DNA of 64,000 nt from positions 349,885-413,884 of the forward strand of contig CAWJBM010000002.1 of NCBI GenBank assembly GCA_963841155.1, read 5' to 3'. Below are positions 1 through 10,868 of the stretch, piece after piece (within the stretch, counting starts at the first letter, position 1; each line of letters starts with the position of its first letter). Below the pieces are notes generated by a model. That model was not told where the DNA came from and did no database searches. It saw nothing but the letters and a program-made list of their open reading frames with translations. Made by a program: the position numbers and the translations under genes. Origin of the DNA: an uncultured Acidimicrobiaceae bacterium (lineage in GTDB: Bacteria > Actinomycetota > Acidimicrobiia > Acidimicrobiales > Bog-793).

Positions 1-46
1 CAGGTGCTCTCCGGCGGTCGTTCGCCGCCAGAACTGACCGAGCGAG

Positions 47-697
47 CTACCAGTTCGACGATCCCGACAGCCACTGGCGGAGGTACCGGTCACGGCGCTC
101 GGTCCACTCCTCCGCTGTCAGGGCATAGCGGACGTGGTCCTCCCACCGGCCGTCGATCTCCAGGTAACGAAGGGCGATCCCCTCGCCGCGTAGCCAGAGC
201 TTCTGAGCCACCCGGCGGCTCGGACGGTTGCGGGGGATGATCGAGATCTGAACGCGGTGGAGCCCGAGCTCCTCGAACGCAAAGCGGAAAAGCAACACGC
301 AGGCTTCCGGCACGTATCCCCGTCCTGCCTGCGCCTGATCGACCCAGTAGCCGACATAGGCACTCTGAAAAGCCCCCCGCGAGACCGAAGAGAGGTTCAT
401 CTCGCCGACGAATCGCCCCATCGCGAAGATCCCGAAACCGTACCCAGTGCCCAATTGCCTTTCGCGCTCGCGCATGGAGCAGCGAGTGACGAAGCTGGTC
501 CGGTCTTCTGACGGATAAGGCGCACCGGCCGGCCGCGGCTCCCATGGAAGCAGCCAGTCCCGGCAGCGGGAGCGCACCTCGCTCCAGGCTTCGTAGTCGT
601 CTTCGCGCAAGGGACGAAGGCGAACGCGTCGGCCCACCAGCTCCGACGAGACGCCAGAAACTGCCAGTCCGGCCATGTCAGCCCCGCCTTCTGTCAC
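47..697 (-). CDS. GNAT-family N-acetyltransferase (RimJ/RimL-like)
   Basis: 216-aa ORF. The segments VRLRPLREDDYEAWSEVR, GRFVGEMNL and GYWVDQAQAGRGYVPEA resemble ribosomal-protein acetyltransferase-type GNAT proteins. The true start may be an internal Met. Confidence 0.75.
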   Translation of the reverse strand: MTEGGADMAGLAVSGVSSELVGRRVRLRPLREDDYEAWSEVRSRCRDWLLPWEPRPAGAPYPSEDRTSFVTRCSMRERERQLGTGYGFGIFAMGRFVGEMNLSSVSRGAFQSAYVGYWVDQAQAGRGYVPEACVLLFRFAFEELGLHRVQISIIPRNRPSRRVAQKLWLRGEGIALRYLEIDGRWEDHVRYALTAEEWTERRDRYLRQWLSGSSNW

Positions 698-879
698 CCT
701 TGTTCACCTGTATATCGTCGCAGATCTACCAGCCTCACGCGCACAGTTGGCGCACCCAAGTTGGAGACCAGTGAGCACGTGGACTGCGTGGACCAGCTTG
801 CGCGGCCCGCTCTGGGATGATCGGTGGGCCTCGGCGGCGCTAGCGTCGTGGTCGTGCCCCGCTCAGGGAGAGCCGCTCG

Positions 880-1632
880 ATGAGGCGCTGGGTTCAGGCG
901 GTCGACAAGGGCTGGATAGCGGCCTGTTGCGGCCTGGCTCTGCCGATAGCGGTCTCTGCCGCCCTTGTGCCGTTCCGCAGCAACTTCGCGCTGCCCGCCT
1001 CGGCGCTCGTGCTGGTCCTGGTCGTCGTCGCTGTCGGCTCGTTCGGTAGTCGCTTCGCAGGCGTGCTCGCCGCGCTGTCGGCGGCGGCCTGGTTCGACTT
1101 CTTCCTTACCAAGCCTTATGAGACGTTCAACATCACCTACCGGCCCGACCTCCAGACCGAGATCAGCCTGCTGGTGGTGGGCCTAGCGATCACCGAGATC
1201 GCCGCCCGCAGTCGCGGCCACCGGGAGGACGCCTCCGAAGAGGCGAACAACGTGGCCCTCATCCACAACTTCACCGAGATGGTCGCCGCAGGCGAGCCGG
1301 CGCAGTCCGTCGTCGCGCGCGCCGCCGCTGAACTGACATCCCTGCTCGGGCTGAAAGACTGCCGTTTCGAGACCGAGATGTCGGACCGCCACCCAACCCG
1401 CATCGAGCACTTCGGCGTGGTCACGCTGGGCGGGCTGCGTTGGGGCGCCCATCGCACCGGCTTGCCGGGACGGGAAGTCGAGCTCATCGTCCAGTACCGC
1501 GGCAAGACCTTCGGGCGCTTCGTCATGGCCCCGACGCCCGGCTCACCGGTGTCATCCGACCGCCTGCTCGTCGCGGCCTTCATCGCCGATCAGGTGGGCG
1601 CAGCGCTCTCGGACCGGGAGACAAGCTCCTGA
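880..1632 (+). CDS. DUF4118-type membrane sensor domain protein with a GAF-like C-terminal domain and no kinase domain
   Basis: 250-aa ORF. It has three hydrophobic helices followed by FFLTKPYETF, as in the KdpD-type DUF4118 module, then a soluble roughly 130-aa domain. It is divergent from the GNAT gene. Confidence 0.6.
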   Translation: MRRWVQAVDKGWIAACCGLALPIAVSAALVPFRSNFALPASALVLVLVVVAVGSFGSRFAGVLAALSAAAWFDFFLTKPYETFNITYRPDLQTEISLLVVGLAITEIAARSRGHREDASEEANNVALIHNFTEMVAAGEPAQSVVARAAAELTSLLGLKDCRFETEMSDRHPTRIEHFGVVTLGGLRWGAHRTGLPGREVELIVQYRGKTFGRFVMAPTPGSPVSSDRLLVAAFIADQVGAALSDRETSS

Positions 1633-1829
1633 GTACCCTCTCGCGCAAGTACGGTCACGCGAGTCCTCGCCGCCAGGTGACGAGCGACTCCACTCCAGCC
1701 GAAGCGACGGTGGTGGCCAGGGTACGGGCAGGGACCTTTGGCGTCGTCCTCGAAGACAGCTCGTAGGAGACACGCCTCCGTCACGCCGGGCAGGGGTGCC
1801 CACCCGACGGTGCTCGATGAGAGCGATGA

Positions 1830-2290
1830 GACCCGGTGCACGGCCCAGCTTCCGGACCATGTTCTGCGCGCCCGCGACGTCGCGGTGGTGCACGGTGCCT
1901 CAAGCGGGGCCCGGTGCAGACCAGGACCCGGCCACGCTTTGTGGCCACCGCCCCGCAATCGGGGCAGTGCGAGGAGGTGCCGCTCTCCTCGGTGAGCCCG
2001 GCGGCGGTCCCGACCTCCTCCAGCCGGTGGCACAGGGCTCTTGTGGTGTGCACCACGAGCCAGCGGTGCGTCCGGCGGTTCTGCACCGCGCCGGCATCCC
2101 TGTCCCGCACTCCGCCCGGGTCGCCGATGACCACGCTCGAGGCCCTGGCCTGTTCCCGCAAGCCTGCTGCAAGGCGCGCCGCCCGGTTGGAGGCCAGCTT
2201 GACGACCCTCCTGGACCTGGACTCGGCCACCTTTGACGGGCGTGCAGCTTGCGCCACGCACGCGAGCCCGCTCGGCGAGCAGACCCGGGC
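1830..2290 (-). pseudogene. IS200/IS605-family TnpB (OrfB) C-terminal remnant, frameshifted and 5'-truncated
   Basis: One minus-strand frame reads VVIGDPGGVRD...TEESGTSSHCPDCGAV...RVLVCTGP (RuvC-like plus zinc finger). A second frame reads HHRDVAGAQNMVRKLG, the classic HxDxNAAxNI tail. No N-terminal half fits before the ppx stop at 2398. Confidence 0.6.
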
Positions 2291-2397
2291 CTTGCCCCAA
2301 GCGGGGCGCGCTTGGTCGAGATCTTCGCCCCGCGGGCTTCGGAGTCCTCGAGGTGCAGGAACTCCTCGGCCCGAGACCAGGCCTGCGACGCCAGTGA

Positions 2398-3807
2398 TCA
2401 GCCGGCAAGCAGCTCCGCGACGATCCCGTCGAGCAGGTCCGACTCCGATGCCGTCAGCACCTCGAAGCCGAGGACGACCATCGTCTCGGCCAGCACGGCG
2501 GCGCCGCCGACTATCACCTCTGCCCTCTCCGCCTCCAGCGCCGGCCACTGGTGACGGCGCGCGGACGCCACGGCGCCGAGCTCGGCGAGGAGCCGTTCGA
2601 TCGCAGCAAGGGTCAGCCGGGCGTGATGGATTCGGCTCCGGTCGTAGAACAAGAGCCCCTGATCGAGGCGAACGAGCGCGGCCACGGTGCCGGCGACGCC
2701 GATCAGGCGTGCGGCGCCGCCGAGCTCAGGTAGTGCCTCGATCGCTCCGGTCACAAGTCGGCGCACGTGCGTCCTGGCGGCTTCCAGCTCGCTTCGAAGC
2801 GGGGGGTCGTGTTCGAAGAACCGTTCTGTGGCCCGCACGCAGCCGATCTCGAGCGACACGACCTGCAGGGCGGTAGGCAGACCCCCCACCAGCTCTGTCG
2901 ACCCGCCGCCGACGTCGATCACGAGGTAAGCGCCTTCGGCTGGATCGAGGCCCGCCGTCGATCCGAGGTAGGTGAGGCGGCCCTCTTCCTCGCCTTGGAG
3001 TACCTCCGGTACGGTACCGAGGACCTCGGCCACCCGCCGCGCGAACTCGTCGAAGTTCTCGGCGTCACGGCCTGCCGAGGTTGCCGTTGCCCGCGTCCGC
3101 GTGACGCCATGGTCGTCCAACACCTCGCGGAACTCCGCGAGAACCTCGATGGTCCGCTGCATCGCCTCCTCGTCAAGGCGCCTTTCACGGTCGACACCCT
3201 GACCGAGGCGTGTGATCCGCATCAGTCGTTCGAGAGGACGCCCACCGGCGTCGACGACGAGGAGCCGGGTGGAGTTGGTGCCACAGTCGATGGCGGCGAC
3301 TGGTCCGGGAGCACCCGCGGCTGACCGCTCTTGCACCTCGGAAGGAGTGATGCGGTACTGGGAGCGGTCGATGCCGAGCGCGTCACAGGTCCATCGGCCA
3401 ACCGGGTCGGGGCCGCCCGCGAGGTACCAGGCGAGATGGGCGTGGAGGCACTTCACGCCGCGGCCGGTCCCCCCGACGCCGCCCGCCGGCCTCGGCCCCC
3501 GGTGCCCCGTCGGCAGCGCCGCGTCGCGAAGCGCCTCGTACCTCCGGTGCGCGGCCTCGAGCTCGGCGGCGTCGACGGCAGCCTCGGCGGCCCGCGCTCC
3601 GCCCGTTGACTCGAGTCGGCTCACAGACTCCCGCTCCGCCCGGCCCACGAGCCAGTACCGCGTCGGCATGGGCGTGCCGTCCTCGAGCAGCGGGGAGTTC
3701 AGGATGACGACCGGCCTTCCGGCAGAGTCGCGGACGATGACCTCGAAGGCTCCTTGGGGTGCCCTTCCGAGCAGCCCGGCGACTGCCTCCCAGTCGCCCT
3801 GGCTCAC
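2398..3807 (-). CDS. DUF501 domain fused to a Ppx/GppA-family exopolyphosphatase
   Basis: 469-aa ORF. The N-terminal roughly 165 aa (VILNSPLLEDGTPMPTRYWLVG, GVKCLHAHLAWYLAGG) look like DUF501. From AAIDCGTNSTRLLVVD onward it is a Ppx/GppA ASKHA fold (VIDVGGGSTEL). Confidence 0.85.
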   Translation of the reverse strand: MSQGDWEAVAGLLGRAPQGAFEVIVRDSAGRPVVILNSPLLEDGTPMPTRYWLVGRAERESVSRLESTGGARAAEAAVDAAELEAAHRRYEALRDAALPTGHRGPRPAGGVGGTGRGVKCLHAHLAWYLAGGPDPVGRWTCDALGIDRSQYRITPSEVQERSAAGAPGPVAAIDCGTNSTRLLVVDAGGRPLERLMRITRLGQGVDRERRLDEEAMQRTIEVLAEFREVLDDHGVTRTRATATSAGRDAENFDEFARRVAEVLGTVPEVLQGEEEGRLTYLGSTAGLDPAEGAYLVIDVGGGSTELVGGLPTALQVVSLEIGCVRATERFFEHDPPLRSELEAARTHVRRLVTGAIEALPELGGAARLIGVAGTVAALVRLDQGLLFYDRSRIHHARLTLAAIERLLAELGAVASARRHQWPALEAERAEVIVGGAAVLAETMVVLGFEVLTASESDLLDGIVAELLAG

Positions 3808-4587
3808 CGCCGGCGACGGCGCAGCGAGTAAACGACGATCCGCGCGATGAGAAGGATCCCCGCAACTGTCAAGTACGGCGTCAGGCGCCTGATGAACGAT
3901 TCTCTCTTCGCGATGAGGTGGTCGGACTCATCGTAGGGTGGTGGGGAGACCTCGCGGTCGCCGGCCGCGTGACCGGAATCAGCCTCGTCGGAAACGGCCT
4001 CCTCAGCGGCCTCGAGCTTGTCGAAAGCGACCTCGGCATCGATCTCGGCCTCGTAAGAAGCGGCCTCGGCATCGATCTCGGCCTCGGCGGGGGTCTCGAC
4101 GACCGGCTCTGGCTTGGTGGCCTCTGGCTTGGTGGCCTCTGGCGCGGCGAGCACTGTCGACTCCAGGTTGTCGACAAACTCGGCGATGAGCTTGCCGCGA
4201 CACCCCGGCCAAGACGTCGCCGGAGAACTGGGCAAGCTTGCCGGCGATGCTGAGGTCCGTGACGATTTTGACCCTTGTGCCTTTGGCTGACGGGGAGAGA
4301 GCCGCCTTGACCACGGCGGTCGCGTTTGCGTGCCCCCGCAGCTCGCGACCTTCCGCCTTGAGCACGGCCTTGTGCGCGTCGGCGTCGAGCAACTCGAAGC
4401 GGGCGGAGCCCCCGTACGACACCGTGATCGGTCCCACCTTGACCTTCACGACGCCCTGGTACTCGTCGCCTTCCACCTGCCGAAGCCAGATCCCGGGCAG
4501 GCAGGGCGCGATCTTCTCGACGTCGGTGAGCACCACCCAGGCCTCGGCGACTGGCACCGAGACTTCGAATTCGTCGTTCAACTCCAT
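3804..4587 (-). CDS. CoxG-like SRPBCC protein with an acidic linker and C-terminal TM anchor; frame broken near 4196
   Basis: ORF 4003-4587 gives the SRPBCC core (MELNDEFEVSVPVAEAWVVLTD...IAGKLAQFSGDVLAGVS). ORF 3804-4235, in another frame, continues GKLIAEFVDNLES, then PEATKPEATKPE repeats (15-nt unit about 2.5 times at 4107-4143) and a hydrophobic tail followed by RRRRR. Removing one base in tcgcggcaag (4191-4200) would restore VSGKL. Confidence 0.65.
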
Positions 4588-5156
4588 CGGCGCAGGTCCT
4601 CCTGAGTATCGATGTCAACGGTCCTACCCTCGCACGCTACCTCGGTGACGAGCTCGGGGCGACGGTTGGCCAGGGACCGGGCACCCTCGTCACCGCTGAT
4701 GGGAAGCAGCAACCAGATCTCCGCGTCGAGCCGCACCGGGTGCCCACGCCGGCCGTAGTAGGTCGCGAACACGATCGGGCCTCCACGCGCGGCCGCAACG
4801 GTACGCCACGCGTCCGCTGTGAGTCCGGGAAGGTCGCCCAGACCGATCACTGCCGACAAGTGGCCCTGACGAGCGCACCAGTCGAGCGCGACCCTCAGCG
4901 AGGTGGCCTGGCCCAGAGACCAGTCGTCGTTGCGCAGCAGCGTCGCACCATCGGGCACGACCCCGCTCAAGTCGACAGCGCCGCTGACGACGACGAGCTC
5001 GTCAAGGTCAGCCTCGACGGCCGGGGCGATCGCCCACGCGAGCAGTGGCTTGCCGCGTGCTTTGGCGAGCAATTTCGCGCCTGGGCGGGCATCGGGGTCA
5101 TCCTGGTTGAACCGGGTCCCGGCCCCTGCAGCGAGGATCACCGCAGCAACGGACAT
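4578..5156 (-). CDS. MobA-like NTP transferase / molybdenum cofactor cytidylyltransferase (MocA-like)
   Basis: 192-aa ORF with VILAAGAGTRF and LGDLPGL motifs. It sits between coxG-like and xdhC genes. Confidence 0.8.
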   Translation of the reverse strand: MSVAAVILAAGAGTRFNQDDPDARPGAKLLAKARGKPLLAWAIAPAVEADLDELVVVSGAVDLSGVVPDGATLLRNDDWSLGQATSLRVALDWCARQGHLSAVIGLGDLPGLTADAWRTVAAARGGPIVFATYYGRRGHPVRLDAEIWLLLPISGDEGARSLANRRPELVTEVACEGRTVDIDTQEDLRRWS

Positions 5157-5227
5157 CTCCGGCAGCGTAACGGCCGACCCGCCAGGATGGGGCGGCCCAG
5201 GCGGGGGCGGCCGATGCGAGGGGACGG

Positions 5228-6052
5228 TCAGCCCCCGTGGATGGCGCCCGCTGCACTGCGCAGGGGTGTGAGGGCGCCCTCCGCCCGGCCGGTGCGGACC
5301 GCGATGATCTCGGCACAGATCGCCACGGCTGTCTCTTCAGGTGTGCGGGCACCGATGTCGAGACCGATCGGGCTCATGAGGCGCTCTTTCAGCTCCGCCT
5401 CGTCGACACCAGCCTCAACCAGGCGCAGCCATCTCCTCTGGTGGGTCCGCCGTGAGCCCATGGCTCCGAGATAACCGACCCGAGTCCGCAGCGCTCCGAG
5501 GATCGCGGGGACGTCGAACTTCGTGTCGTGCGTGAGCACGCAAACGGCGTCTCGAGGTCCGAGCTGGGATCCGAGCCGGTCCAGGTACCGGTCCGGCCAC
5601 TCGACTGCTACCACGTCGGCCAGCGGGAAGCGGGCCCTCGTAGCAAAGACGGGGCGGGGGTCGCAGACCGTGACCTCGAAGCCAAGCACCTTGCCCACCT
5701 CGACAAGGGCTCTGGTGAAGTCGACGGCGCCGAACACGACCAGCCGCGCCGGAGGAGCGAAGACCTCGAGAAAGACTGAGACCTCTGCCCGACGGGCCTC
5801 TCCGTGCGGGCCGTAGTGCCGGGTCACCATCACACCCCGGTCGAGGGCGGCAAGGGCGTCGCGTCTCGCGATCCGGTCCAGCTCCGGGTCGCCGAGGGTG
5901 CCGAGGCACCGGCCGTCCGGACGGACCACGAGCTTGGCCGCGAGCGCGGTTTGCCCTTGAGCCTCGCCCTCGACAGAAGTGACGGTCGCGAGCACCACGG
6001 GCTCGTCGCCGAGCAGCGCCGAACGAAGCTCGCGATACAGTTCGCCGCTCAC
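5228..6052 (-). CDS. XdhC/CoxI-family Mo-hydroxylase maturation protein (XdhC_CoxI plus Rossmann XdhC_C)
   Basis: The ORF runs to 6109. A GTG at 6052 preceded by gagagg avoids overlap with the upstream gene. LVVFGAVDFTRALVEVGKVLGFEVTVCDPRP is the XdhC Rossmann signature. Confidence 0.8.
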   Translation of the reverse strand: MSGELYRELRSALLGDEPVVLATVTSVEGEAQGQTALAAKLVVRPDGRCLGTLGDPELDRIARRDALAALDRGVMVTRHYGPHGEARRAEVSVFLEVFAPPARLVVFGAVDFTRALVEVGKVLGFEVTVCDPRPVFATRARFPLADVVAVEWPDRYLDRLGSQLGPRDAVCVLTHDTKFDVPAILGALRTRVGYLGAMGSRRTHQRRWLRLVEAGVDEAELKERLMSPIGLDIGARTPEETAVAICAEIIAVRTGRAEGALTPLRSAAGAIHGG

Positions 6053-6068
6053 CAGTTGGCCTCTCTGG

Positions 6069-6383
6069 TCACCAGTCGAGCGGTTCCACGAGAACATGCA
6101 CTGTGCCACCGCACGTCAGCCCGACTGCGAAGGCCTCGTCGTCGGAATAGCCGAACGTGCATACCTTCGGCTTGCCGCTGTCGAGCACGGCCAGCGCCTC
6201 GGCGACCACGGCACCCTCGACGCACCCGCCCGACACCGAGCCCGCGACCTCGCCGTCCTCGCTCACGACCATCGTGGCCCCGGCGTCCCGTGGCCCGGAG
6301 CCTTCGACGCCGACCACTCGCGCGATCGCGACGCGCCGGCCCGCGGCCTGCCATCGGTCGATGTCCGCAATCACTTCCTTCAT
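6069..6383 (-). CDS. Stand-alone XdhC_CoxI-domain protein
   Basis: The 104 codons from ATG 6383 read MKEVIADIDRWQAAGRRVAIARVVGVEGSGPRDAGATMVV...GSVSGGCVE, typical of the XdhC N-terminal domain. The rest of ORF 6069-6818 is Arg/Ser-rich and not protein-like. Confidence 0.7.
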   Translation of the reverse strand: MKEVIADIDRWQAAGRRVAIARVVGVEGSGPRDAGATMVVSEDGEVAGSVSGGCVEGAVVAEALAVLDSGKPKVCTFGYSDDEAFAVGLTCGGTVHVLVEPLDW

Positions 6384-6450
6384 CGAGCCATCACCTCCAG
6401 GAGTGGCGCCCGAGGCTACCGCCCCGCTTCCCTCACGCGGCAGGCATCGA

Positions 6451-8285
<1,835 letters not shown>

Positions 8286-9764
8286 TCACGCCTCGGAGTT
8301 CGCCGCGCGCCACAGGTCGAGGCGAACGGCGGGATCCAACGAGCCGAGGTCGGCCCCGGAGTCCCTTGCGGCCGCCTCGACCACGGCCAGTCTCGCAGCT
8401 AGCCGGTCGAGTGCCTGGCGCACGAGCGACTCGGGGTCCTCGCCCCGGTGCGCGACGAGCCTCGCTTCCTCGGCCAGCAACTCGCCGGCGGCCGCGGCCG
8501 TGTCCGCATCCACACCGGCATCCGGGTCGGTGAGCCGCAGCATGCCTGCCAACGCGACGACGAGAGCTCCGGCATCCAGTCCGGTCGCGGGCCAGCCGAG
8601 CTCCACGCTCGCCAACTTGCGCTCGGCCTTGGCAGCCCTTGCCAAGGCCGGCATGGCGACTGGAATGCCTTCGAACAGGTGCGTGCGCTTCTTCTCGGCC
8701 TGTTTGTTGCGTTCCCAGTTCGCGAGCACGGCGCCCGGCGTGGTCGCCGTCACGTCGCCAAAGACGTGCGGGTGGCGGGCCACGAGCTTGTCGTGGACCT
8801 CACGGGCAACCTCTGCCAGGTTGAACAAGCCCTCTTCCTCGGCGAGCGTCGTGTGGAACAGCACCTGGCACAGGAGGTCCCCCAGCTCCTCTGAGACATG
8901 GGCAACCACTTCGGGTGGGGCGCCGGCCGGATCCCCCCCCAGTAGCTCGATGGCCTCCATGGCCTCGTAGGTCTCCTCGAGCAGGTGCGGCACGAGCGAG
9001 CGGTGGGTCTGCTCACGATCCCACGGGCACCGATCGCGCAGTACCCGCACAAGCTCCGCCAGGCGTGTCAGCTCCCGGGCGATCGGCACCCTGAGCCGCG
9101 GCACGTACAACGACGTCAGGTGATCGGCCTCGAGCGTCCTGTCGATCTCGGACCAGGAGACCTCGACGACGACCTCGTCGGCCAGCCCCAGGTGGTGAAG
9201 GAGGACCGCCGGCCCGGGATCGGCATCCAAGCAGAGCTTGACCGAGGAGAGCACGCCTTGTGACCAGCACTGCCCGACGAGAAGCGGTCCCGCGTCGCCG
9301 GCGGCCTGGACTGCGAAGCTCTCCGCGTCCACCAACCGGACACCCGCCTCGATCGGATCGATGCCGAGCCTTGCCCAGGCGAGCTCGCAGAAGGACAGGC
9401 CCGGGACGACCTCGAGCTCGATCGAGGCCTCGGCCCGGAGAAGCTCGACGGTGCGCTCGGCCACCGCCGGCGACCCGGGAACCGCGTAGGCGACTCTCCC
9501 GTGCTCGGCCGCCCCGGCTAGCACGATGTCGACGATCGACCGGTACACCTCGCCGAAGGTCGCGCCGGTCTCGTAGCAGTGGTCGAGCGCGACCACGTTC
9601 GCGAGCCCGAGCCACGGTGCGGCGGCCGGATGCCGGGACGTCCGCAGGAACCTCACGGGCGCGCCCGAGAGCGCCTCGACGGCTGCCGGCGTGGTGAGCT
9701 CGGGTCCGGCGGGACCGAGGCCGACGGCGATGACGGTCGGGCACCGGTTCGGATCTGCGCTCAT
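8286..9764 (-). CDS. mazG: Tetrapyrrole-methylase-like domain fused to MazG nucleoside triphosphate pyrophosphohydrolase (YabN-type)
   Basis: 492-aa ORF. The N-terminal half resembles a TP_methylase fold. The C-terminal half has MazG motifs (CPWDREQTHRSL, EETYEAMEAI, EELGDLLCQVLFH). Confidence 0.85.
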   Translation of the reverse strand: MSADPNRCPTVIAVGLGPAGPELTTPAAVEALSGAPVRFLRTSRHPAAAPWLGLANVVALDHCYETGATFGEVYRSIVDIVLAGAAEHGRVAYAVPGSPAVAERTVELLRAEASIELEVVPGLSFCELAWARLGIDPIEAGVRLVDAESFAVQAAGDAGPLLVGQCWSQGVLSSVKLCLDADPGPAVLLHHLGLADEVVVEVSWSEIDRTLEADHLTSLYVPRLRVPIARELTRLAELVRVLRDRCPWDREQTHRSLVPHLLEETYEAMEAIELLGGDPAGAPPEVVAHVSEELGDLLCQVLFHTTLAEEEGLFNLAEVAREVHDKLVARHPHVFGDVTATTPGAVLANWERNKQAEKKRTHLFEGIPVAMPALARAAKAERKLASVELGWPATGLDAGALVVALAGMLRLTDPDAGVDADTAAAAGELLAEEARLVAHRGEDPESLVRQALDRLAARLAVVEAAARDSGADLGSLDPAVRLDLWRAANSEA

Positions 9765-9809
9765 CGAGGGTGCTGGTCGAGGCGGACGCCGTGCAGGACA
9801 GACCGCCCG

Positions 9810-10868
9810 TCAGCTCGAGGCTTCTGGCCCGGCGCTGGCGCCCGGGTTGGGCACGATGCGGGCCGGCGGTCCGCTGTTGGGCTGAACCCGGGCGACGCTC
9901 GCCTTGGTGCTCCAGGTGCCGTATTGCGGGTCGACTTCGATCTTGGCCGACCGGATGATGCGGGGCAAGAGATCGTTCAGCGCCCCCTGTTCCTGGGCCA
10001 CCAGGCTGGAGACCAACTGCAGATAAGTCTCCGAGGTCCGTTGGCGCACCAGCAGGAGCAGCCATGCCGAGCTGAAGGAGACGGGGCTCGAGACGCGCCC
10101 CACGCTGAGCGCGGCGATGACTTTGTTGAGCGGAGCGGTGAACTCAGCGTCGGGGATGCACCCGATGGCTCCTCCTTGCGGGGCGGACGAGGTGTCTGTC
10201 GAGTGGGCTCGGGCGAGGGCCGCGAAGCTGGCGCCGCGTAGAATTTGGCCCCGCAAGGACGCGGCCGCCGCCTTGGTGCCGACTTGGATGACCGAGACGC
10301 AGGCCAGCGTCATCTCGGTCCTGTGACGGGCCGCAAGAGCTTCGAGCGAGACGGGGCTGAGCGTGGCGCCTACCAGGTGGGCATCCAGCGCGTCCTCGTC
10401 CGCCTGGAACCCGAGCAGCACCTTGCGGTAGGCCGGGGAGAATGCGGCCACCAGCGAGGCCCCCGATCCCGGGCAGCCGGACGAGGGTGTGAAAGCCGCC
10501 TGGAGCTGTGCGAGGGCGACGGGATCCACGCTCGATGGCTCTGAAAGCCCCAGCCGGACGACATGCTGGTGGACGATTTCGTCCTGAATGAGGATGGAGA
10601 GCACTTCGGCGCCGAAGGCGGAGTTGAAAGTGCCTTCACCGGCGCCGAGGAGCCGGGAGGTGCCACCGGCTTCGATCATGCACCGGTAGCTGGCATTGTC
10701 GGCTATCGCAGACAGTGAATCGCGCAGCTGCTGTTGGGAGATCTCAGAGCCATTGACCACGGCGGCATAGGGAGAGAAACGGACGTTGCACCCGGACAGC
10801 CCGAGCGTCAGGACGCACAGCGCGGCCAGGCCTGCCGGTACGGCGGAAAGTCGCTTCACGGTTCTCAA
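9810..10868 (-). CDS. Lipoprotein peptidyl-prolyl isomerase (SurA-N plus parvulin-like)
   Basis: It has a lipobox (LTLGLSGC) and a parvulin-like segment (GASFAALARAHSTDTSSAPQGGAIGCIP...VGRVSSPV). Confidence 0.7.
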   Translation of the reverse strand: MRTVKRLSAVPAGLAALCVLTLGLSGCNVRFSPYAAVVNGSEISQQQLRDSLSAIADNASYRCMIEAGGTSRLLGAGEGTFNSAFGAEVLSILIQDEIVHQHVVRLGLSEPSSVDPVALAQLQAAFTPSSGCPGSGASLVAAFSPAYRKVLLGFQADEDALDAHLVGATLSPVSLEALAARHRTEMTLACVSVIQVGTKAAAASLRGQILRGASFAALARAHSTDTSSAPQGGAIGCIPDAEFTAPLNKVIAALSVGRVSSPVSFSSAWLLLLVRQRTSETYLQLVSSLVAQEQGALNDLLPRIIRSAKIEVDPQYGTWSTKASVARVQPNSGPPARIVPNPGASAGPEASS

